Shown piece after piece: positions 26,524 to 36,199 of a stretch of 64,000 nucleotides of DNA; position 1 is the first letter of the stretch, and every line of letters starts with the position of its first letter. The DNA is from Bacteriovoracaceae bacterium UBA4573. Its GTDB lineage: Bacteria > Bdellovibrionota > UBA1018 > UBA923. Where the stretch lies: contig DGKJ01000029.1 in assembly GCA_002387735.1 (NCBI GenBank), positions 5,015 through 69,014 on the forward strand, read 5' to 3'. The position numbers and the translations under genes were made by a program. The notes below the pieces were generated by a model. That model saw only the letters and a list, made by a program, of their open reading frames with translations, had not been told where the DNA came from and did no database searches.

Positions 26524-29139
26524 TTAGCCGTGCAGGGTGTCTGTGAGGAGCGCCAGCAATTCGTCGCGTGAAAACGCTTTTAGGCCCACGGGTGACTCTT
26601 CGATCAGCACGCCGCTGAGAGTCTTTTTACTCTGAATGATTTCGGCGATGCGGTCTTCGATTGTTTCAGGGCACTGGAGTTTAAAAACCTGCACGCCGCG
26701 GGTTTGGCCAATGCGGTGCAAACGGTCAGTTGCTTGGTTCTCTTTCGCGGGGTTCCACCAACGATCAAAGTGAATGCACACACTGCCGGCCGTGAGATCG
26801 ATACCCAAGCCCCCAGCGAGCAAGCTACAGAGAAACACCTTACATTCAGGGTCGTCTTGAAACCGCATGATGCGTTCACCGCGATCACGGGTGTCACCAC
26901 GAAGTTCGGTAAACTGGATTCCCTGTTTTTTTAGCCAAATACCAATGACATCGATCATGCCGAGATACTGGGTAAATACGACGACTTTGAGATTCGAGCG
27001 CAGCGCTTCTTCAAGAAGCTCCACGAACACTTCCCACTTGCCAGTTTCCTCAGGGTCAATCTTGGTGGCCTTCTTAATTTTTCCAGTAGTGTAAGCCGGC
27101 AGTCGCGGGTGATCACAAACTTGTTTTAGCCGGGTGAGCATTGAAAGAACGCCCGCGTAGTCAATTTTTTCACCAGCCTCGATATCGGCCCTTAGTTTTG
27201 CAGCTTCGCTACTATTGAGAAACGCACGGTATTGCTTCTTCTGAATCGAAGTCATCTCGCAACGAACCACTTCTTCAGTTTTTTCAGGCAACTCCGTTAA
27301 CACCTGAGACTTTGTTCGCCGCAACAGAAACGGCGAAACAAGTCGCTTAAGTGTGGTCGCTTGTTCTTTGGTCGGAATCTCACGGCCATATCCGTAAAGA
27401 CGCTTAAAACGCGGCAGTGAACCCAAATAACCCGGGAGCAAAAACTCCATGATCGACCAAAGGTCGGAAGCCTGATTCTCTACCGGCGTACCGGTCATCG
27501 CCAATCGAAACTTGCACTTCAGAACACGCGAAGCGCGCGCGCTAATGGTGGTCGCATTTTTAATGGCCTGAGCTTCATCGAGGATTACCACGTGCCAGGG
27601 GCGCTCGCGCAGTGCAGACTCTTTTTGTAAAATTCCGTAGGTCGTTAGTACTAGTTTAGTGTCTTTACATGGCATTACTCGACCCTTGCCATGAAACACG
27701 CTCCACTTGAGCCCCGTTTTATAACGTTCGAGTTTGTGGCTCCAAGACGCTACGACCGACGTAGGAGCAATCACCAAACTCGGGTGTTCTGGGCTGTCTT
27801 TGCCTTCGTACATACTCGAAAGAAAAGCCATTACTTGGTGGGTTTTACCAAGCCCCATGTCGTCGGCCAAAAGCGCGGCGAGTCCCCGATGCGACAAACT
27901 CCACAACCAACTCAGACCATTTTTTTGATATTCGCGCAGATCGAATCCGTATTCCACGTTTGGCAATTCTGGAATGTCTTTGCGTTCAAAGTTCTTACGC
28001 CACTCGTGAAACTCTTTCCAATCTGCATCGACCGAAAAATCTTCAACTCCGACCTCGAGACTCAATCGATAGGCCGCTAGCGGGTGCAGTGGTTGTTGGT
28101 TGTTGTCTTCGAGATCAATAAACCCCGTAGGAGTCTTTACCCGCGGCGACGACTCTGGGCCCGCCACACCGCTGCGATTAGCCAAGCGTGCAAGCTGAGC
28201 GAGCGACGTTGAGAGTCGAAAAATTTTATTACCGATCCAAACGAAGTTGGTAGAGAGGCGCCCGATTTCCGAAAGTTTCGCCATTTCATCGCTGGTGATT
28301 CGAGCTTCGTCGTTAGCAAATTCGTAGGACACCGAGCGGGCCTTGTCGGATTTTTTGCCAATATGCATGCCCACTAATCGAAGTGGTTTAGATGCCAAAG
28401 TTACGCCCGCTAGATCGTTATGAAAAACGATAGCTGCCTTCTCTGCGTGCATCATTAAAAGCGCGAGCTGTTCGAGCGCTGCTTGGCCCTGATAAATAAT
28501 CTTCGCCGCATCTAGCGACTTTAAAACTGGCACATATTCGTGAGCGGGTTGGTATAGTTTGCCGTCGGGGGCCTTCCACACTTTGCCGCCGCCCTGAAAT
28601 AGCAGTTGCGAGAGCGGAAACACCACTTCACTTTTCTTTATTTGAGGCGAGCTCTTGCTTCCCACGACGTGTTCAACGTCGGAACTACGATAACGAAAGC
28701 CTGCCTCTACGGCCAAAGAATGCAGGCGTTTTCCGGCAAAGGTAGGCCGCACAAATGCCACAGGCTCAGCCGTTAAAACTTCGGGTTCACCCTCTTCTTC
28801 GGGTACTACGAAAGACTCGGCTACGCCGTCGTCCTCATCGCCAATTCCGGCGCGCAGCAAACTGCCTCGCTCGATCACCCAAATACTAAGGGCCGCTATG
28901 TGCCGGCAATGAGCCTCTCCCACGTGGTGGGTCGGGCACTGGCAGCTCGACTTAGCAATCGTGCCGCGGGCCATAATGATTTCAATTTTAAATTGTGAGG
29001 TATCGGGCTCTTCGACACGCGCAACTACTGCATCGCCACGCAGTCGAACCTCTTTTACTCGATCCTCTCGATAAAAGATCTGGCCCGTTTTCCAGCTCGT
29101 CAGTGAGAACTCGCGTTTAATTTGATTCAAAAACAACAT
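26524..29139 (-). CDS. SNF2-family helicase with N-terminal SWIM zinc finger
   Basis: SWIM CQCPTHHVGEAHCRHI. Walker A/motif I LLADDMGLGKT. Motif II DEAQAIKN. C-terminal helicase motifs (TGTPVEN, HRIGQT). Confidence 0.85.
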   Translation of the reverse strand: MLFLNQIKREFSLTSWKTGQIFYREDRVKEVRLRGDAVVARVEEPDTSQFKIEIIMARGTIAKSSCQCPTHHVGEAHCRHIAALSIWVIERGSLLRAGIGDEDDGVAESFVVPEEEGEPEVLTAEPVAFVRPTFAGKRLHSLAVEAGFRYRSSDVEHVVGSKSSPQIKKSEVVFPLSQLLFQGGGKVWKAPDGKLYQPAHEYVPVLKSLDAAKIIYQGQAALEQLALLMMHAEKAAIVFHNDLAGVTLASKPLRLVGMHIGKKSDKARSVSYEFANDEARITSDEMAKLSEIGRLSTNFVWIGNKIFRLSTSLAQLARLANRSGVAGPESSPRVKTPTGFIDLEDNNQQPLHPLAAYRLSLEVGVEDFSVDADWKEFHEWRKNFERKDIPELPNVEYGFDLREYQKNGLSWLWSLSHRGLAALLADDMGLGKTHQVMAFLSSMYEGKDSPEHPSLVIAPTSVVASWSHKLERYKTGLKWSVFHGKGRVMPCKDTKLVLTTYGILQKESALRERPWHVVILDEAQAIKNATTISARASRVLKCKFRLAMTGTPVENQASDLWSIMEFLLPGYLGSLPRFKRLYGYGREIPTKEQATTLKRLVSPFLLRRTKSQVLTELPEKTEEVVRCEMTSIQKKQYRAFLNSSEAAKLRADIEAGEKIDYAGVLSMLTRLKQVCDHPRLPAYTTGKIKKATKIDPEETGKWEVFVELLEEALRSNLKVVVFTQYLGMIDVIGIWLKKQGIQFTELRGDTRDRGERIMRFQDDPECKVFLCSLLAGGLGIDLTAGSVCIHFDRWWNPAKENQATDRLHRIGQTRGVQVFKLQCPETIEDRIAEIIQSKKTLSGVLIEESPVGLKAFSRDELLALLTDTLHG

Positions 29140-29200
29140 ACGAAGGCCGGTAACCTATCAGGAAATTGTTCTGAGCGCTAGGGAAGGTTTCTGGTCCGCC

Positions 29201-29245
29201 AAACTAAATAAAAAGGGGCCGGTTACCACATGGATAACCGACCCC
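29201..29245 (-). terminator. Rho-independent terminator for hppA (minus strand)
   Basis: Hairpin GGGGCCGGTTA-CCACATGGA-TAACCGACCCC with one mismatch. On the minus strand it is followed by a TTTTTATTTAG T-run. Sits 35-80 nt downstream of the hppA stop. Confidence 0.5.
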
Positions 29246-29278
29246 TTCTAAATAAGACCTTGTAGATCTATCTGGGTA

Positions 29279-31738
29279 CTAAACGGTCAAATGAGCGGGT
29301 TTATTCCCACCACCGGCCCGTTTTGCCTTCTGTTCGGCGATCGAGTCTTGAGTAATGCGCATTCCGTAGAACGAACGCACTACGAAGAACAGACCAACGA
29401 TGAAAAAGCCAACACCGAGATACATAGCCACGTCAGCCGCCGAAACAGCGATTTCCACCGCCAGCAAGCCAAACAGGGTCGTGAACTTGATGATTGGGTT
29501 CAAGGCCACCGAAGAGGTGTCTTTGAACGGATCGCCCACGGTGTCGCCAACCACGGTTGCCGCATGCAATGGGGTGCCCTTTTCGCGCAGATCCACTTCG
29601 ACTACCTTTTTAGCGTTATCCCAAGCGCCGCCGGCATTGGCCATGAACATAGCTTGGAACAGACCAAAAGCGGCAATCGAGATCAAGTAGCTGGCAAAGA
29701 ACGTAGGGTCGAAACAAGCAAATGCGAGCGTGAACGAAAAGATCACGCCGAAAATGTTGATCATGCCCTTCTGAGCGTACTGGGTACAGATCTTCACCAC
29801 TTCTTTGGAGTCCTTTACGGAAGCTTTAGCCGTAGAATCCAAACGAATGTTGGCTTTGATGTACTCCACCGCACGGTAAGCACCCGTTGTAACCGCTTGA
29901 ATCGAAGCACCAGTGAACCAATAGATCACCGCACCACCACAGATCAAGCCAAGCAACACGCGAGGATCGAGTAGGTCGAGCTTCAGATTGAGCATTAGGA
30001 TGATCGAAAAGATCATCGTTGTTGCACCAATCACCGCGGTACCAATCAACACGGGTTTAGCCGTTGCCTTAAATGTGTTTCCAGCCGAGTCGTTTTCTTC
30101 GAGATAATGTTTACCTTTTTCGAAGTTTGGCGAAAAACCGAAATCTTTTTCGATTTCTTGCTTAATGCCAGAAACGTTTTCGATCTGTGACAATTCGAAC
30201 ACCGATTGGGCGTTGTCTGTCACTGGACCGTAGCTGTCTACCGCAATGGTCACAGGCCCCATGCCAAGCATGCCGAACGCCACGAGACCGAAGGCGAATA
30301 CTGCCGGATAAACCATGAATTCATCCAAACCGCTCTTCGAAGTCCAGTACGCAACGAGCATCAAGCCCACCATGATCATGCCCTTCCAGAAGGCGCCGAA
30401 GTTACCGGCAACCATGCCCGAAAGAATGTTCAACGATGCGCCGCCTTCGCGAGATGCGGTGACCACTTCAGCCACGTGCTTCGACTTAGCGCTGGTGAAC
30501 ACTTTGGTAAGCTCTGGAATAATCGCAGCCGCAAGAGTTCCGCAGCTGATGATCGTCGAGAGTTTCCACCAAAGATCAGGCGATATGTTCGCAAGCAAAA
30601 TATAACTTACGGCATAGGTCACGCCGATCGAAAGAAGCGACGTAATCCATACTAGCGAAGTCAAAGGTGCTTCGAAGTCGAAGTGATCTTTACTACGATA
30701 CATCGAAGAAGCGATGGCGCCATTCACCCAATACGAAGCGATGGAAGTAACAACCATCAATACACGCATTGCAAAAATCCACACGATCAAGATCGATTGG
30801 ATTTCAGGGTTCGTTAGCGTCAACGTGCCGTCTGCGCCTTGGGTCATGCCTGCAGCGAGAACGATGAAGCTAATGAGCGCAACGCCCGTCACTCCATAGG
30901 TTTCAAAACCGTCGGCCGTAGGACCCACGCTGTCACCAGCGTTATCGCCAGTACAATCTGCGATCACGCCTGGGTTACGTGCGTCGTCTTCTTTGATATT
31001 GAAAACAATCTTCATCAAGTCCGAACCGATGTCGGCAATCTTCGTGAAGATACCACCGCAAATTCGCAGTGCGCTCGCTCCGAGAGATTCGCCGATGGCA
31101 AATCCAATGAAACAAGCTCCGGCCGATTCACGAGGTACGAAAAGAAGAATAAAAATCATCATTGCGAGTTCAACGCAGATGAGAAGCACGCCAATGCTCA
31201 TTCCTGAACGCAATGGAATGTCCATCACGTCGTATGGGCGGCCGCGCAAGCTAGCAAAAGCCGTGCGGCTGTTCGCGTAAGTGTTGATTCGAATACCGAA
31301 CCAAGCAACCGCGAAAGAGCCGAGAATGCCCAACATCGACCACACAAGGATCAACATTACTTTGCTCATTTCCATGTGCTGCAAAAATGAGAAGTAATAA
31401 ATGATACATGCGCCGATGAACAACTCGAGGATCACCAACAACTTACCTTGCTGAAGAAGGTAGGTTTTGCAGGTCTCATAAATGAGAGCTGAAATCTCGA
31501 GCATCGATTGGTGAGCTGGAAGTTTTTTCACTCGAGCAGCTTCGAGAAAACCAAAAACCATGCCCACGGCCGAAACGATCAGGCCGAACCAAAGAATTTG
31601 ATTTCCAGAAACTGTTGCGCCGAAAATATTAAATGTGTTTGTAAGTTCAGGAATGTGAAGGTCTGCTTCGCTGCCGAAAGCCAGGCTTCCGAAACAGAGC
31701 ATCCCAAGGAATAGTATCGCTTTAAAAATACGCATCAT
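29279..31738 (-). CDS. hppA: Membrane-bound proton/sodium-translocating pyrophosphatase
   Basis: Hallmark GDTVGDPFKDTSSVALNPIIK and ...DNAGGAWDNAKK... motifs. About 16 TM. 819 aa with an N-terminal extension. Confidence 0.9.
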   Translation of the reverse strand: MMRIFKAILFLGMLCFGSLAFGSEADLHIPELTNTFNIFGATVSGNQILWFGLIVSAVGMVFGFLEAARVKKLPAHQSMLEISALIYETCKTYLLQQGKLLVILELFIGACIIYYFSFLQHMEMSKVMLILVWSMLGILGSFAVAWFGIRINTYANSRTAFASLRGRPYDVMDIPLRSGMSIGVLLICVELAMMIFILLFVPRESAGACFIGFAIGESLGASALRICGGIFTKIADIGSDLMKIVFNIKEDDARNPGVIADCTGDNAGDSVGPTADGFETYGVTGVALISFIVLAAGMTQGADGTLTLTNPEIQSILIVWIFAMRVLMVVTSIASYWVNGAIASSMYRSKDHFDFEAPLTSLVWITSLLSIGVTYAVSYILLANISPDLWWKLSTIISCGTLAAAIIPELTKVFTSAKSKHVAEVVTASREGGASLNILSGMVAGNFGAFWKGMIMVGLMLVAYWTSKSGLDEFMVYPAVFAFGLVAFGMLGMGPVTIAVDSYGPVTDNAQSVFELSQIENVSGIKQEIEKDFGFSPNFEKGKHYLEENDSAGNTFKATAKPVLIGTAVIGATTMIFSIILMLNLKLDLLDPRVLLGLICGGAVIYWFTGASIQAVTTGAYRAVEYIKANIRLDSTAKASVKDSKEVVKICTQYAQKGMINIFGVIFSFTLAFACFDPTFFASYLISIAAFGLFQAMFMANAGGAWDNAKKVVEVDLREKGTPLHAATVVGDTVGDPFKDTSSVALNPIIKFTTLFGLLAVEIAVSAADVAMYLGVGFFIVGLFFVVRSFYGMRITQDSIAEQKAKRAGGGNKPAHLTV

Positions 31739-31847
31739 TATCCTCTTTAGTGTGTCTTTATGTAAAATGTCTTGATTGACGAGGCTTTTTCGTAGCCAAC
31801 TCGTTTGCCCTTGTCAAAGCAAAAAGTTTTAGTCAGTTTTTAAAACC

Positions 31848-32516
31848 ATGAGCACCCTCACTTTATTTGATCTCGATCAAACTTTGATTCGCGAGGACAG
31901 TGACACCGAGTGGACGCATTTTTTGATCGACCAAGGAGTGTTGCCGAAAGAAGCGACCCTAAAAAAAATAAATCTATATATGAAGCAGTACGTCGAAGGA
32001 CGACTCGATATCCTCGAGTACCTGACCTTTCAACTACGTCCTTTCGCCCTTTTCCCACGCCCCCAACTTGAATCCTGGCGCGCTCAGTTTTTTCGTGAAC
32101 GAATCCTGCCAATCATCACCGAAAAGGCTAAAGAATTGGTTCGAACAGAACTTAAAAAATCCGACTACACGGCGATCATTACCGCGACCAACACCTTCGT
32201 GGCAGAACCCATTGCGCAAGCTTTTGGAATACCCTACCTAATCGCAACTCAGCTTCAGGAAAAAAAAGGGGTATTTACCGGACAACCTCGCGGAACCCCA
32301 TGCTTTCGTGAAGGAAAAATAACCAACCTCAACGCCTGGTTGAAAAAGAGAAAGCTCAAGTGGGAAGATTTTTCTCTCACACGCTTCTACAGTGATTCCC
32401 AAAATGATATCCCCTTAATGAGCCGCGTCACCGAACCGGTCGCAGTGGATCCAGATCCTGTTTTGCTAAAACATGCCCAGACGAAAAAATGGCCTATTAT
32501 CAGCTTGGCTGACTAA
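31848..32516 (+). CDS. HAD-IB subfamily hydrolase (phosphoserine-phosphatase-like)
   Basis: Motif I LFDLDQTL (DxD). Motif II ATNTF. Lys and terminal DSxND (YSDSQNDIP). Confidence 0.7.
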   Translation: MSTLTLFDLDQTLIREDSDTEWTHFLIDQGVLPKEATLKKINLYMKQYVEGRLDILEYLTFQLRPFALFPRPQLESWRAQFFRERILPIITEKAKELVRTELKKSDYTAIITATNTFVAEPIAQAFGIPYLIATQLQEKKGVFTGQPRGTPCFREGKITNLNAWLKKRKLKWEDFSLTRFYSDSQNDIPLMSRVTEPVAVDPDPVLLKHAQTKKWPIISLAD

Positions 32517-32535
32517 TCGATTGGAAACTCGTATA

Positions 32536-34542
32536 ATGAAATTTATGAAAAAACTCTCCACCCTAGTATTGGTTGCCACACTCTTCATCACTCAACCTGC
32601 ATTCGCATTTAAGTTTTTCTCTGGCGGCCTAGATTGCCCGGTTCTGCCCCACATCACTAAAGGGTTTCTCGCAAATCACGTTCAAGTCAGAGAACTCGAC
32701 CCGTCAATTGAACTTCGCACGGTTGATCAGTTTATCAAACGACTCGACCCCTCTAAGCTTTATTTGCTAGAGAGCGATGTAGCCGAGATTCGAGAGAGTT
32801 TTAAGGACATTTTCAGCAAACTTGGTAACGATTGCTCGGCCATCGAGAAGTCACAAAAAATTCTTACGAATCGTTTATCGGAAGCCTTTGTTTTCGTGAA
32901 AAAATCGCTCGGAAAAGATTTCAAATTCCAGGAAAACACGGAACTTACAATTGATCCCCAACTTCGAAAGACCCCTAAAGATAAAAAAGAGGCCGAAGAA
33001 CTGCTTGGAAAATTTTTGCAGTTCCAAATTTCAAACTATCTTGCCACCGACATGAAACTCGAACAGGCAAAAAAACAACTAATTCATCGCTACGAACTTG
33101 CACTGGCTCGCCAGAAAAAGCAGAAAAAAGATGAAGTTCACAGCATGTTTTTGGACTCCTTCGCTTCTTCGCTCGACTCCCATTCCTCGTATCTTTCCCA
33201 AGAAACACTGGAAGACTTCGAAATACAAATGCGACTCTCGCTTGAAGGCATTGGCGCCGCTCTTTCTTGGGAAGACGGCTACACCACGATCGACAATTTA
33301 ATCCCCGGTGGCTCCGCCGAACGATCCGGCGAGTTGCAACCCAAAGATAAAATCATTGCCGTTGCTCAAGGTGAAAAAGGGAGTTTCGAATCGGTTATTG
33401 ACCTCCAATTACGAGACGTCGTGAAACTCATTCGCGGGAAAAAAGATACCATCGTACGTTTAACTGTTCTACGCGAAGAAGGCGGCGAAGCGAAACGACT
33501 CATCGTTTCTCTCAAACGCGACAAAATCAATCTGCAAGACGAAGCCGCCAAACTCACCTACACCACTCGCAAGATCGGCGATAAGTCTCAAAAAATCGCA
33601 GTCATCGACCTGCCGTCGTTCTATGGCGATATGAGTCGCAAGACCCGATCTTCCTACGAAGACCTCAAAAAGCTGGTCGACCAAGCGGTAAGAGAAAAGG
33701 CCGACGGCATTGTATTGGACCTTTCAACCAATGCAGGTGGTTTACTGTCCGAGGCGGTTCGCATTACTGGTTTATTTATCTCGAAGGGTAACGTCGTAGC
33801 TACCAAAGGTCCCAATCAGAAACTAGACGCGCTTGACGACGACGACGATAAAATCGCCTATAGTGGTCCCCTTGTCGTTCTTACCAGCCGTCTTTCTGCG
33901 AGCGCTTCTGAAATTGTTTCCGGTGCTCTACAAGATTATAAAAGAGCCCTCATCGTGGGTGGCGATCATACTTTTGGCAAAGGCACGGTGCAGGCGATGA
34001 TGAACCTCCCTGCGGGACTCGGTGCTATTAAAGTAACCACCGGAATGTTTTACGTACCTAGTGGCAACTCCACCCAAATGCGGGGGATTCCTGCCGACAT
34101 CGTATTACCCAGTGTTTTTAGCACCAAGGATATGGGCGAGGTCAGCCTTGATTACGCGTTGCCAGCCCATAAAGTAGACCCATTTTTAAGCCCTGAGGCC
34201 ACTCAAAAACTTGCTTCGACTGTTTCTTCGGAACTTATCGCAAAGCTTCGTGCCAAATCCGAAGCTCGCGTGAGCAAAGATCCGGAGTTTAAAAAGATCA
34301 AAGACGAAGTGGCGGAATTCGAAAAGAAAAAAGGCGTCGTCAAACTGAGCGACTCGCTAAAAAAACAAAAAGAAGAAAACATTAAAGAGAAGAAAGAAAA
34401 GAAAGTCGCCAAGAAATCTCGCCGACGCCAAAGCGATGAAGACTATCTGAAAACGCCTCAAGTTAAAGAAGCAGTCGATATTTTGGGCGATTGGTTAGAG
34501 TTAAACGCCTCGAACAGTACGTTTGCTCGCACCGGCGCTTGA
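32536..34542 (+). CDS. prc: Tail-specific (C-terminal processing) protease, S41 family
   Basis: Signal peptide MKFMKKLSTLVLVATLFITQPAFA. PDZ region. S41 catalytic block GIVLDLSTNAGGLL and ...TSRLSASASEIVSGAL... with K downstream. Lys-rich C-terminus. ATG 32536 chosen to avoid overlap with the HAD gene. Confidence 0.8.
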   Translation: MKFMKKLSTLVLVATLFITQPAFAFKFFSGGLDCPVLPHITKGFLANHVQVRELDPSIELRTVDQFIKRLDPSKLYLLESDVAEIRESFKDIFSKLGNDCSAIEKSQKILTNRLSEAFVFVKKSLGKDFKFQENTELTIDPQLRKTPKDKKEAEELLGKFLQFQISNYLATDMKLEQAKKQLIHRYELALARQKKQKKDEVHSMFLDSFASSLDSHSSYLSQETLEDFEIQMRLSLEGIGAALSWEDGYTTIDNLIPGGSAERSGELQPKDKIIAVAQGEKGSFESVIDLQLRDVVKLIRGKKDTIVRLTVLREEGGEAKRLIVSLKRDKINLQDEAAKLTYTTRKIGDKSQKIAVIDLPSFYGDMSRKTRSSYEDLKKLVDQAVREKADGIVLDLSTNAGGLLSEAVRITGLFISKGNVVATKGPNQKLDALDDDDDKIAYSGPLVVLTSRLSASASEIVSGALQDYKRALIVGGDHTFGKGTVQAMMNLPAGLGAIKVTTGMFYVPSGNSTQMRGIPADIVLPSVFSTKDMGEVSLDYALPAHKVDPFLSPEATQKLASTVSSELIAKLRAKSEARVSKDPEFKKIKDEVAEFEKKKGVVKLSDSLKKQKEENIKEKKEKKVAKKSRRRQSDEDYLKTPQVKEAVDILGDWLELNASNSTFARTGA

Positions 34543-34551
34543 GAGAGTTAC

Positions 34552-35328
34552 CTAAATATCGGTCACATTCCAGGAACGTAATGTTTCGCTTTTTTCGGAA
34601 TTGGAATTCACTTTTTTAAATTTGGCTCCCGCGCGCCCATGAACCACGGCTTGGCACTCTGGCCAAGTTCGATGTTCCTGCAGTTTTCCGTTCACATAAC
34701 TGAGGTATATCGGAAAACCCGCCTCCGGCGGTCCCGAACTAGAACTGGTTTTTTTAACTCTTGGTTGGGTCGGCTCGAGCCTCGAAAGATCTACAGAATA
34801 AGAATCTGCGGGCCCATCATAGAGCTCCACGTGGTGCCCCAGTGCAAAACCTTCAGCTATCGCGTCACACCGTTCATTACCCGGAATTCCGGCGTGCCCT
34901 TCGACGTAGGTCCAACTCAAACTTGCGCGCACGGCCAGACGCTCGATAAGTGCGTCCAGCTCCTGCCACTGCCTAAGATTTGCCACGGGAGTGCCGTCTT
35001 GTTTTTTCCAACCCGCTCGTTTCCAGCCGTTGCGCCAAGAAGAGGCGCCCTGAAGCACATATTTGGAGTCGGAATATACCTGAATGGCAACAGCACTCTT
35101 TGGCAACAGACGCGCTAATTCGCGTTCAACAAAAAGTAGCGCGCACGCCACCCCCGTGAGTTCCATAATGTTATTGGTCGTAAGTGCTTCCCCCGCTCCG
35201 AGTTCTCGTACTTCGTCTCCAATACACACAATGGCCCCCCAGCCACCGGGGCCGGGATTTCCTTTGCATGCGCCGTCGCTAAAAACGACGATCTGATAAC
35301 TTGTTGCGTTATTTGGTTTACTCGACAT
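34552..35328 (-). CDS. rnhA: Ribonuclease HI with C-terminal hybrid-binding-domain-like extension
   Basis: IVVFSDGACKGNPGPGGWGAIV...ELTGV...YSDSKYV...GHAGIPGNERCDAIA is collinear with E. coli RnhA. An extra ~90 aa C-terminal, FPIYLSYVNGKLQEHRTWPECQAVVHGRAGAKFKK, resembles the RNase H1/caulimovirus HBD. Confidence 0.8.
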   Translation of the reverse strand: MSSKPNNATSYQIVVFSDGACKGNPGPGGWGAIVCIGDEVRELGAGEALTTNNIMELTGVACALLFVERELARLLPKSAVAIQVYSDSKYVLQGASSWRNGWKRAGWKKQDGTPVANLRQWQELDALIERLAVRASLSWTYVEGHAGIPGNERCDAIAEGFALGHHVELYDGPADSYSVDLSRLEPTQPRVKKTSSSSGPPEAGFPIYLSYVNGKLQEHRTWPECQAVVHGRAGAKFKKVNSNSEKSETLRSWNVTDI

Positions 35329-35398
35329 CAGAGACTTCGTTCGTTACGATGGTCCAAAATTTTCAACAGTATTTCAACTGAATAGAAGGGAATTAACC

Positions 35399-36199
35399 AT
35401 GATATTGGGAATCCTTAGTTTCGTTTTCTTGGCGACCGCTCATGCCGATACTCCGACTGTCGCGGCACCGAAAGAAAAACACACCGTTTATGTTACCCCA
35501 GACCACATGTTCGTGCCCCCCGGGTACGACAGCACTGACGTGAATGTCGAGGTTGGCCTCGTCGGAACACTCCCGAACAACTGCTTCGAACTAGCCGGTA
35601 GCCCGGTGGTCGACCATTCCCGTTTGGATCAGGGTATTATCGTTTTGCGCCAACGGGCGATCTACAAACCTAAACTGATCTGTACTCAAATTTCAGAACC
35701 CTATTTGCAAATCGCAAATCTTGGCGCGGAAATTCCAGCCGGCAACTACCAGATCATTGTTGAGTCCTCCGAAAAGCCGACTGAACCCTTTACAACAGCA
35801 ATGACCATTGCCGAAACCGAAACCGGCGACATCGACAATTTTCATTACCTCAACATTCAAGACGCCTTTCTCACGAAAAAAACGGTAGAAACGGTGGGTC
35901 AGTCCGAAGAAGAAACTCTTCTCGAAGATCCTAAAAACAAAATTAAACGCTTTTTAAATCTGCGCGGCGAACACCGCAACGTGTGCGTCAGTCTTCGCGA
36001 CGTAGATATTAAAGTTTTTCTAAAAGAGCGCATCATTCAGGTTTTACCAATAGTCGATCTTAACCAAGATCCTTCGTGTGCTAAAAAAGTCGCTGAAGTC
36101 GTGTTTAGTGGGGAGCTTCCTAAGCTACCGGAAGGTCAGTACTTGGTTCATATTCGCTCGGCCTTCGGAAAATCTAAGAACGTTTTGGTTGATTTTTAA
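35399..36199 (+). CDS. Secreted hypothetical protein
   Basis: Signal peptide MILGILSFVFLATAHA. No recognisable catalytic motif. Confidence 0.45.
   Translation: MILGILSFVFLATAHADTPTVAAPKEKHTVYVTPDHMFVPPGYDSTDVNVEVGLVGTLPNNCFELAGSPVVDHSRLDQGIIVLRQRAIYKPKLICTQISEPYLQIANLGAEIPAGNYQIIVESSEKPTEPFTTAMTIAETETGDIDNFHYLNIQDAFLTKKTVETVGQSEEETLLEDPKNKIKRFLNLRGEHRNVCVSLRDVDIKVFLKERIIQVLPIVDLNQDPSCAKKVAEVVFSGELPKLPEGQYLVHIRSAFGKSKNVLVDF

Noticed and set aside
29279-31738. hppA being 819 aa, longer than many ~670-700-aa bacterial H+-PPases, considered as a possible fusion or mis-start
   Set aside because: The N-terminal extra ~100 aa form a signal-like segment plus additional TM helices, as seen in the longer K+-dependent/Na+ PPase clade. 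The start has a reasonable context, so it is probably genuine.
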